Positions 54,401 through 64,000 of a stretch of DNA of 64,000 nucleotides are shown here, piece after piece. Source of the stretch: Chrysemys picta bellii. Its lineage: Eukaryota. Every line of letters begins with the position of its first letter. Position 1 is the stretch's first letter. The stretch lies in contig NC_088802.1 in assembly GCF_011386835.1 (NCBI RefSeq), forward strand, positions 56,854,001 through 56,918,000, written 5' to 3'. The notes under the pieces were generated by a model. It was not told the DNA's origin and did not search any database. It saw only the letters and a program-made list of their open reading frames with translations. A program made the position numbers and the translations under genes.

Positions 54401-57322
54401 CACTACAGACCTGGGCAAAGGAGGTTGCCAGGCAGAGTCCATTGCATTATATGCCGCTTTGGAACACGGCAACACTCTGCTCTCTTCACCTCTCAGCAGA
54501 ACAGAGCCACGGGGCTGGAGTGGAAAGGGGTGTAATGCATCATGATTCAATGAGCCAATCAAATGAACAAACCCTGCTTTATGGGGCATGGAGCACAGGG
54601 GAAGGGTGGTGAGGGTCCCTGGGGAAACCAGGCGCTACCTTTTATGTCTGGTGTCACTCCGTACTCCTCCCAGTCAGTTGAGAGAACCATGGCTGCCAGG
54701 TGAGCCCCTGCTGAGTGTCCACACAGGTAAACTCCGCTAGACAGGGCGAGGGTAGACAGAAGGAGCTGTGAGCAGGGAGGTAGGGGACTGGGGTCTGCAC
54801 ACCCAGCTGTGGGGCTCCCCTTTGGAATGGAGGAGTCTGGAATGGACAGAGTCCGAGTATGAAGGTGGCAGCATTCCTAGCAGTGGGGTCAGAAGAGCCG
54901 GATTAGTTCTCATCTGCTCCAGTCCCCCACCCCACCGAGAGGAGGGTACAGTAGTGCGTGTCTCCAGACTCCTACTCCTCAGGGTCCATCCACACGTACT
55001 CACTACCACAGTTCCCAAATGCTGTGTGAAATGCCTTCAGCGTGATCTGCCTTGACGTGGCCTCCTCCTGCCGTGGGCCCTGCAGGTTGGCAGGGACAAC
55101 AGAACGAGTGCCCAAGAGCTATTCGCTGCCCTACCTGATCTTTGAATACTGCTGCACAATGAAGGCCACGCTGCGCCGCACCTGCGCCACCATCACATCC
55201 AGGTGGCCTAGGCAGAGAGCACAAAATGAGGAGGGCCCACAGGGCCAAGGAGAGGAGATGCTGCTCCCACTTCTGACACCGCTTACCTTTCGGAGCCACA
55301 TCATAGCCAACCGCCACCACCGCAATGCCCTGTGTCACCAGAGGGGGCGCTATAAAGCCCGACACCTCCTTACTGGAGAAGAGAAATACTGGTGAGTCAC
55401 ATGCTCAGCTGCTTGGAATGTAGCCGAGCAGATCCCCCCGAGACAGGGCCAGCCACAGGGATGCTCCACGGGCGGCGATTATCTGCCTGTTGGACCTGCA
55501 GCACCCAGGACAGGCCTAGCTTCAACTCTTTTTACACCTGAGGAGGAAGTTCTGGGGCTAAGGCTGAGCCCCTCACACAGGTCCCCCCGCCCACAAATAA
55601 CTCCCTGAAAAGGACTTGCCTCACCTTAAAAACTGCCAGTATCCACCGTGGATGTACAGGACGAGTGGGAAGGCTGCAAGGAACAACAAAGGGTAACCTG
55701 GCAGGCAAGGCGCGCTGCATGTTCCCTCCCCTTCCCCACTCCCTGTTCTCCCAGCTCCTCTTTCTTTCTTCCCACTCCCCCGCCTCTCCCCATTTACCTC
55801 CAGAGGGATCTCTGGGTAAGTAAATGTCCAGTTTCTCCCCATCATTGCCCCCATAAGGGACATGCAGCAGGGTCTGCATGGTGGCCTGGGCCCTCCGGGT
55901 GCCTGTGAGAGAAATGAAGGACAAACCACATACACTGGCTGCTCCATGGTGCAGCAGGCAAGCAGCCCCCTCACCTCTCCCTGGCTCCCAGACTCAGCTC
56001 TGACCTGGGAGCCTGTCTGTTTCTGGTCAGCTCTCCGGCACTGCATCCCCCTTTGCCAAGCCACCACCCTGCAGTCCAAACCCCCTTAAATTCCCCACCT
56101 GCTTCTGTGGGGCCCACAAGGGAGTTGGTAATTTACAAACAAAGGCCCCAAGTCATCCTGTTTGGGTGATTAGTGGGTCCTGCCATGGGGGTCTCTTTCT
56201 CTTCTCTGCCAACTCTTTGGGGTTGGGGCTGTCTTTGGATTTGTGTTGCACAGAATCCAAGCACAAGCATCATCAACAAATAGAACAGAGCAGGCAGAGC
56301 ACAGGGCGAAGTCTGGGTCTGGACGCTCACCTAGTAACCTGCCAGCGCCCCCCAGCTCTCAGCAGTGCTATACGCTACTCTCTGCACAGTATGTGTCACA
56401 TCTGCATCCATTTCTCCACCCTTTGCTCTGTGGGAAGCTTATCCCCTGGCAAAACCTGCTGGCCCTTTACCTTCAGTCACCGCCCTGACATGGGCCTCTA
56501 TCACAACCTCCTTGTCCATGCGGTGAGACCACCGGCTCGGGGCATACTGCTTCTCTAGCTCCTGCAGGGAACACACCACAAATCCAGACACACACAATGG
56601 GGCCAGCACAGCTAGATTTTTATCTTCTTGCCTTCAGATGAGTTTCTGGTCCTACAAAGCTGGTGTTTCTGGGACCGGAGAGAGGGACCGAGCAGGATCC
56701 ACCCAGAGAAAAGGCAAACAGAATGTGTACGTGGCTCCCAGCATTAACAATCTCCAGCTATTGATGTTGTGGGATGTGAGTCTTAAAGCAGTACCCCCCG
56801 ATACTTAAACCAGTGTTGACGCTAGAATAGCAGAGGACTGTGGGTCGCAATTGAGGGGCATTGGTAGAGCTCTATGTGTGAGGGGAGCCCAGGGCTGGAA
56901 TGGCAGGGGGACAATGGGTTGGGATTGAGAGACATCGGAAGAGGGGAGAGAGAGAGAGGCAGCCTAGGGCTGGAATAACAGGGACCAGGGAGTTGCAGGC
57001 TGGGACTGACGGGCACTGGCAAAGCTGGGAGGAGAAGGTTATACCCCACCAGTGGTTTCAGTCCCAAAGATAAGAACTGAGCTGTTCCAAATGAGGCTCC
57101 CTGGACTTTGATCTCCATGTCCTGAGCGTAGAGGGACAAGCCTTGTCCGACAAGGAGTCACAAAGGGTAGAGGGACAAGCCTTGTCCGACAAGGAGTCAC
57201 AAAGACAAAGTCGCTCTTACTTACCCCTCCTCCTCCAGGATACTCTAGTCCGCAGCCTCCCGCCACCCCCTTGTAGTCCCCTCTCCCCTTACCTCCTTTG
57301 TCATGTCTCGCCACGTCCCCAT
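51484..57322 (-). CDS. AFMID: Arylformamidase / kynurenine formamidase, about 293 aa
   Basis: complement join(57293..57322,56471..56561,55798..55902,55625..55673,55287..55372,55135..55207,54639..54736,53893..53971,53245..53380,51867..51971,51484..51513); 882 nt. Begins [21 protein letters not shown]; HGGYW oxyanion motif, GHSAG nucleophile Ser, HDSPEF Asp, DHF His. Exon 1 is the least certain. Confidence 0.94.
51728..51746 (+). promoter_or_regulatory. Candidate CTCF site in the last AFMID intron
   Basis: TCGCCAGGTGGCACTA matches the CTCF core except at its first position. Confidence 0.4.
54255..54400 (+). mobile_element. L2/MIR-type 3' end fragment in AFMID intron 7
   Basis: gattcttggggcagagac...atgttcgtacagtgcctggtactatggggccc...ggtgctacca resembles the amniote L2/MIR tail. 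Confidence 0.45.
57128..57204. repeat. 39-bp tandem duplication containing a palindrome
   Basis: gtagagggacaagccttgtccgacaaggagtcacaaag twice; each copy holds GGACAAG-C-CTTGTCC. Confidence 0.9.
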
Positions 57323-57944
57323 GTCCAGGCTCACTGCGACCCGCACAGGGGCTGTCTCTGCATGTGACCAGCGCAAACCAATGCGTGCCGGGGCTGGCCT
57401 GGTCCCCACTGGCTGTTCTGGGGGCGGAGGGATTGTGGGACACTCCCCCCCCAGCCGGTAGCAAGCTCAGGAAAGTGCCGCGGGACCCACCGAAACACGA
57501 GTTCCGCAGATGCCAGCCCTGCCCCCTGCTTCCCCCGGTCCCCAGCTCGGAGACAGCGGAGCAGACGGGGCAGGAAGAAACTTCCCCGTGGACAGGTTAT
57601 TCCATCGTTGTCCTCCGTGTTCCCTGGACCTGCTCCTGCATCTGCTGTCGGACACGGGACTGGCCCAGCCCTGACCCCTTTGGGCAGCTCCCCAGTGTAG
57701 ACAGCCCCTGCCCCGAGAGCGGCTAAGCGTCCAGATAACAAAGACCTTGTTCCTTCTACTTGGTTTGTATCAACCCCGCCCCCATCCCTGCACCCCGCCC
57801 TCCCCTCCTGCGCCTTGCGGGGACTCGGGGCAGGTCACACACACGGGCTCTTCCCGGCTCTTTTCCGTCCACCCCCGGTGACAGGTATCGCGAGTCTGGC
57901 TTGCGAGGCTCCGCCGGGAACAGAGCTTCTCAGGACCTGGGACC

Positions 57945-59072
57945 CTGGGGGAACCGGGGGCGGGGGGCGAGGCTGGGATCCTGGGGGGCGGGGGGGTAGG
58001 TCCGAGGCTGGGATCCGGGGGGGCGGGGGAGGCGAGCCTGGGACCCTGGGGGAACCGGGGAGGGGCGAGGCTGGGATCCTGGGGGGCGGGGGGGGGGCGA
58101 GGCTGGGATCCTGGGGGGATCGGGGGGTCCGAGGCTGGGATCCTGGGAGGCACGGGGGTAGGTCCGAGGCTGGGATCCTGGGGGGCACGGGGGGAGGTCT
58201 GAGGCTGGGATCCTGGGGGGCGGGAGGGAGAGCCTGGGATCCTGGGGGGACCGGGGGATCCGAGGCTGGGATCCTGGGGGGGCACGGGGAGGGCTAGGCT
58301 GGGATCCTGGGGGGACCGGAGGGGTCCGAGGCTGGGATCCTGGGGGGCACGGGGGGGGGCTAGGCTGGGATCCTGGGGGGACCGGAGGGGTCCGAGGCTG
58401 GGATCCTGGGGGGCACGGGGGGTCCGAGGCTGGGATCCTGGGGGGCACGGGGGCGAGCCTGAGATCCTGGAGGGCACGGGGGGGGGGCTAGGCTGGGATC
58501 CTGGGGGGCACGGGGGGGTCCGAGGCTGGGATCCTGGGGGGCACGGGGGGGCTAGGCTGGGATCCTGGAGGGCACGGGGGGGGGGCTAGGCTGGGATCCT
58601 GGGGGGCACGGGGGGGCGAGCCTGAGATCCTGGAGGGCACGGGGGGGGGCTAGGCTGGGATTCTGGGGGGCACGGGGGGGGGCTAGGCTGGGATTCTGGG
58701 GGGCACGGGGGGGGGGCTAGGCTGGGATCCTGGGGGGCACGGGGGGGTCCGAGGCTGGGATCCTGGGGGGCACGGGGGGGCTAGGCTGGGATCCTGGAGG
58801 GCACGGGGGGGGGCTAGGCTGGGATCCTGGGGGGCACGGGGGGGCTAGGCTGGGATCCTGGAGGGCACGGGGGGGGGGCTAGGCTGGGATTCTGGGGGGC
58901 ACGGGGGGGGGCTAGGCTGGGATCCTGGGGGGACCGGGGAATCCGAGGCTGGGATCCTGGGGGGCACGGGGGGGCGAGCCTGAGATCCTGGGGGGCACGG
59001 GGGGGGGGCTAGGCTGGGATCCTGGAGGGCACGGGGGGGGGGGGCTAGGCTGGGATCCTGGGGGGACCGGGG
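57945..59072. repeat. G-rich VNTR (about 29-34 bp unit, roughly 35 copies) between AFMID and TK1
   Basis: Unit about aggctgggatcctggggggcacggggggg(gct/tccg); most variation is in G-run length. Confidence 0.96.
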
Positions 59073-59195
59073 CACCACCCACCGTCGGGGGCGCGTGAGG
59101 ACGCCGAGAACTACTCCGTGAGGGGGGGGGGGTTGTGGGGGGGTACCATCCCTTTCCCATCATGCACCGGGACAGGCTGCATCTGGGTGCTTGGG

Positions 59196-59290
59196 TGAAA
59201 TTTCCCGCCCTGGTTTCTCATTGGTCGCCGAGGGGAGCGGGAAGGGCGGGGCCTGTCCGGATTGGTCAGTGCCGGCGGGGTTTAAGGGAG
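59196..59290 (+). promoter_or_regulatory. TK1 proximal promoter (likely shared bidirectionally with AFMID)
   Basis: E2F-type TTTCCCGC 59201-59208, inverted CCAAT (ATTGG) 59220-59224 and 59261-59265, GCGGGAA 59237-59243, Sp1 GGGCGGGGC about 59244-59252, TTTAAG 59281-59286, all within about 130 nt of the TK1 ATG in CpG-dense sequence. Confidence 0.75.
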
Positions 59291-59330
59291 CGGAGGGCGC
59301 GCGCCGGTTCATTCACTGGGAGCCGGCGGG

Positions 59331-61711
59331 ATGAGCTGCCTCAACGTGCCCGGGGTGCAGCCCGGCTCGCCCGCCAAGGCGCGCGGCCAGATCCAGGTGG
59401 GGGCGCGGGGGCGGGCGCGCGCCGGGGCGGGGGCGCGCTGTGGGGTGCCCCTGCCTGGGTCTCACCCCGTGTTTCCTGTCTCCGCAGGTGATTTTCGGGC
59501 CCATGTTCTCCGGGAAAAGGTACCGGGGTTTGGGGGGGCTCTCGCCGGGGGGTTGGGGGGGGGGCTCTCGCCGGGGGGCTGGGGGTCCCCTCACACCAGG
59601 GATCCGCATGCGGCCCGGGGGCCCCGGAGCGGTCCCCGTTAGGCGGGGGGCTGCTGCCCCAGCCCCGCTCCCTTGAACGAGGCCCGGCTCTCGGGGCGCA
59701 GCTACCGATCCCCCCCCGCCTCTGTGGCCATGGGGCGGGCCCCTGGGGGACCCTGCAGCCCGGCCAGACGGGCCTTTAAACCTCTGGCACCGAGCTGCCT
59801 CCCCTGGGGCTCAGCCTGTGGGCTCCCCGGGCACAAGGGGAGCGAGTGGGGCTCGGCTGCTGCTCCGGGTTTGCGGGGAGTCGGTGACTAGTAGACCAGC
59901 CCCCTGGCTGGGGGAGACAGGGCTGTTGTGTTCCCGGGTAGCTGACAGCATCATGGGCCGCAGGGCTGCTCCCCGGGGAGGCCACTGGTGTCTGGTTGGG
60001 TGTGCTAGGCCTATCCTTGGGGTAATGTCCATTCCCGCCGGGTGCCCGCCCCTCTGCAGGTTGTGGTTGATTGTGACTCTCTTGTAGCACAGAACTCATG
60101 CGCCGGGTCCGCAGGTTCCAGATTGCACAGTACAAATGCCTCGTGATCAAGTACGCCAAGGACACTCGTTACTGCGCCAATGGGGTCTCCACGCATGACA
60201 GGTGAGCTGCTGCCATGGATTTCCCCCCATTAGCAGGGAGGATAATCCTCTGCCTGTTGCAGCTTGACTGTTTGCTTCTAATAAGGGAACTTGGCTTGCA
60301 AGCTTGAAGTTGTCTCCTTTGTTCTGTACAGTCCATTGGCCCTGCCTTCGGTGGTGTGTTTAGGCATGACTGCAGCCCTGTGCCCCTCCACAGAACGCTG
60401 CTTTCGGCTAGCTGCTGTTTAGCTGTGCTATGGGAACTCTTTTTGCAACTAGCTGGTTGGCAACTGCACCATGTCTATGTGGCACAGCTTTTAGCCCAGG
60501 AACGATGACCTGTCTCAAAACAGCTGTTACCTGTGCTTGAGCCCTTGTTTTTAATAGCTCCCTCCTATATGGTTGACCAGGCACTCACTCCTGTGCTGAC
60601 CCTTCCTTGCAGGAATACCATGGAGGCTCTTTCAGCCTGTTATCTCCGAGACGTGCACCAGGAGGCGCTTGGTTCAGCTGTGATTGGTATTGACGAAGGC
60701 CAGTTTGTAAGTTCTCAGTGCTTGTCTGCTGCTGTCTCCTGTCCAATAACCAGCATCTTGCCTTGAAGGGGCCCTGTGCTATGTAAGATGGGGAGTGCAG
60801 AGAAGAATTTTAGACCCACTGTGTAAACTGGTAAAATGGTCTTGTGCAGAGTTCTTGTCCAGCCACATTTGTGTGCTCTAGTGCCATCCCTCCTCATAGC
60901 CTTGGTACGGGTCCTGTGGGCAGCTAAACCTACCATGTTTAGTCTGAAGACGCTCCTTGCCCCCTTTGCTCAAGTAAAGTTGCTGTAGCGTCCTAGCTGG
61001 TGCCCTGCCCTGCTGTTGTGGGGACACTTCTGAATTCACTTGAAGCTGCCCAAACTCCTTCCTCTGCACTCTCCTCGCTGAAGCTGTCCTCTTTATGCCT
61101 GTCTAGTTCCCAGACATTGTGGAGTTCTGCGAGGCAATGGCCAATGCAGGGAAGACGGTAATCGTTGCTGCCCTCGATGGGACCTTCCAGAGGAAGGTAA
61201 TTTCTCTTTCAGCAGTGGGTAACTGGATCCTTCTGAGTTCTTATCTCTGTACCAAATAGCCTCTCTTTTTGCTGCAGGCATTTGGGAGCATCCTGAACCT
61301 GGTCCCCTTGGCAGAGAGTGTAGTGAAGCTGAATGCTGTATGCATGGAGTGTTACCGGGAGGCTTCATACACGAAGAGGCTGGGCTCTGAGAGGGAGGTA
61401 AGATTCTAGAGAACAAAGACCACTCTAACAGGCCTTGAAGGCACCTGTGAGGTGACATGACCTGCCCATGGTGTGTTTATACAGGAGGAAGGAGCATCCC
61501 CTTCTAACCGACTCTCTCCTATCAGGTTGAAGTCATTGGAGGGTCAGACAAGTATCACTCTGTCTGCCGTGTCTGCTACTTCAGGAAGCGACCTCAGCAG
61601 GCTGGGCCAGAAAACAAAGAGAACCTGCCTGTGGGGGCCAAACAGGTGGATATTCCAGCCTCCCGAAAGGTCCTGGCTTCGCGACAGATGCCGTGGAGCA
61701 CAGCAAACTGA
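59331..61711 (+). CDS. TK1: Cytosolic thymidine kinase 1, 233 aa
   Basis: join(59331..59396,59488..59519,60088..60201,60613..60706,61107..61196,61278..61397,61526..61711); 702 nt. [15 protein letters not shown]-loop GPMFSGKSTEL, IDEGQF, Zn ligands CMEC and CRVC, C-terminal KEN box (ENKEN). Confidence 0.97.
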
Positions 61712-64000
61712 GCAGGGGAGGCAAGAGACTACAATTTTGGGGCTTCTTTAAAGCTGGCTTTCCCCTCTGTTCAGCCTGGAGCTGTCTCATGGCCTCCCAA
61801 AGCTACCTGCCAAACCTAACCGCTGCTTGTGTGTGCTGAGCTACAAAGAACCAGGCAAGCCTCCACCTAGAAGGGACAAAAGGGGAGAACAATGACAAAC
61901 AGGAGTCAGGCAAGCAACCAAGGGGAAAGTCCTCCGCCATGGGATGTGGGCAAGAAATTGGAGGCACTTACTGAGGCAGCCACACCGCAACAGACCCTTG
62001 TCCCTGGGTATGGGACTTCCCAATACACCCATCTGTCCAGGCTTCTGAGTAGTGAATTCCTCCCAACTCACGGTAACCCCTCTCTAGCGCTTTTGACCTC
62101 CCTCCCTGACACTGTTGCTGGCTTCTGCTTGTGTTCTTAAGGACCTTGCCTGTTCCTAACCAGCTCATGGGTCTGACTTGCTGCCTGGGGATGGCCTGTC
62201 CCTAGGTGGCACTGAGACAGGAGAACCTCGTTGCTTTAGCCCCTTCATTATATTGCCTCTTACTCCATTCTAAGGTAAAGGGCCTCAGTCCTCCCATCCC
62301 TATTATTAGTGTCGTGTCTTCTGCTATCACTGTACCACAGCCATTATCTTCCCTCCCGAATATCCGTTTCTCCTTTAACAATGCTTATGTGCAGCTGCCT
62401 CCACCCCCCTCTCTGGCAGGCAGCTGTAATTAGTTCTCCCCTCCCCCGTTGCACTTCAGTGGCTGTCCAATTTAAGATGGTTTCTCCAATTATAGTGCTA
62501 AGTGACTGAGTTGCTCTAAATCAGGGCAGTTCCATTCCATGGGTTTTTACTGTTACCAGCAGTGGAGGTGGCCTTGATGTGTTGATTTGGAGGGTTAGGT
62601 GGGGGTTCTGTTTTTAGTTTCAGCTGTCCTAACTCAGAGTGAGGCTCTGCTCCTCCCTGCATCTACCCTAATGAGGGTGGAGAATGGACCCCCTGGCTGG
62701 AGGGTGACTAAGCTCTGAACACAGACAAGCTGACAACAATGCTCTCCTGAGGTGAGGTGGAGCTGGGGCTGATGTTAAAGGGCAGCATCTGCTTCAGTGG
62801 AGTCTAGTTCTGCTAATACCACTGTGCACAGCTGCTTACTTGCCTAAGAGGAGTTTGCAGACAGTGGGTCTAAAAGCCCTGTGTCCCGATCGAAAGGATG
62901 TGCTGTGTATCTAGTAGATTAGTGCAGGCAGGGGTTTGAGTAGCGTTGCTGGTGAGTGCCCCACCCCTTATTGTGTAGTAAATCTGAAAGCTACCTCTAC
63001 TGAGCACTATTTTAATCTCCCCGAGGGATGTCCCTGTGCTGTCCTAAGAGCCAGATGTTTCAGTGAGGGTCTCTAGAAGGTAACAGGCAGATGATCTCCA
63101 CTTTGACTTAAATTTCTTCCTGTGTCCTTTGCAAATCTTCTCTTCACCTTTCTCTATAAGGCCTGGGATCATTCCTGGCTGTTTCCTAACTGCCGTAACA
63201 GCTTGTTGGCCAAAGCCCTTTCCCTAAGGTGGATGTAGCATTTTGATAAGGGCGAGGCCTGCCCAGCCCAGCCCTTCCCTTCCTTGGAGAATGAGCCAGC
63301 TGCTCTAACCTCCTTTCCTGCAGCCCAGGCTTGCTGTTTTGTGACAGAAGGCCCTCTGTTAACCATTGGCCTGCACCAGGAAGTTCTCCTCAGTCCCATT
63401 TCCCCCACCCCTTAGAGCAGCTGCATTGATCCTAACCCCAATGTGGCCTGGAAGCAGCAAGCTTGACCACCTGTATTAAGCTCACCTGCCAGGTGTAGTA
63501 GGGCTGCTGCTAATTTTAAATGCCTCTATTGCTGCTTGGGGGGGAGATTCTACAAGCTGTGACTGAAGAATTCCTGCTTGGTTCTAGAGCTGCTTACTAA
63601 AAGGGGGAGGTTTAATGTTCTGAAGGCTGCAGCATTCGCCTTGCAGGGGGGCTCAGCCCTTGGGGTGGGCAGCTGCCTAATGTTTCAGTGCGTCTGTAAG
63701 TGCAGGGGTGAGTTTTAAATTAAATTTAATGCAACTCAGTGTAATGTGTATTAATGCCACATTCACAGTGCCCTTGTTGAGGCCTCTTCTCCGGCTTCTG
63801 GGGGCAGCTGTACTCATCCCCTGCTGACAGGGGCAGGTGCTGGAAGCTCTGTCATGTGGCTTCTGTAGGGGAACTGCCTGCTTGCGTAAAGGCTCTTAAA
63901 CTCCACTACCCCTGCAGGAGCAGGAGGGGAGGCACTTGAGTGGTGCTAAAAATAGGCCTGTGTAATGATTATGCATTTCTTGGCTTTTCTGGACAGTGAC

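Noticed and set aside
55335-55355. CTCF-like CACCAGAGGGGGCGC
   Set aside because: Extra Gs break the motif spacing, and it lies within AFMID coding sequence.
57770-59163. Pro-rich minus-strand ORFs between AFMID and TK1
   Set aside because: Translations of the VNTR.

Overview
GC-rich vertebrate genomic DNA, most likely a turtle or other reptile microchromosome (inferred from CR1, Tx1-type L1, hAT MITE and short solo-LTR content). It is not prokaryotic and has no CRISPR array or rRNA/tRNA gene. The right half holds four intact multi-exon genes, reconstructed by hand with GT-AG introns and consistent phases: THA1 threonine aldolase (+, 33460-38865, 8 exons), TMEM235 (-, 40974-47529, 4 exons), AFMID (-, 51484-57322, 11 exons) and TK1 (+, 59331-61711, 7 exons). 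This is the block syntenic to human 17q25.3 in reversed orientation, but no BIRC5/survivin is recognisable in its human position between AFMID and TMEM235. The left 33 kb has no recognisable host exon. It contains four solo LTRs with perfect or near-perfect 5-bp TSDs, a CR1 fragment, a Tx1/L1 fragment, a decayed hAT transposase, hAT MITEs, several GC-rich minisatellites and clustered STAT/AP-1/NF-kB motifs, consistent with an enhancer region next to SOCS3 (SOCS3 itself is not in the window). Most long ORFs in the supplied track are artefacts of stop-free GC-rich repeats. I found no convincingly new biological system. The strongest leads are the missing BIRC5, the intact THA1 with an Arg-periodic leader and ambiguous exon-7 splice sites, the candidate cytokine-responsive enhancers and the large VNTR inside the AFMID/TK1 head-to-head region.
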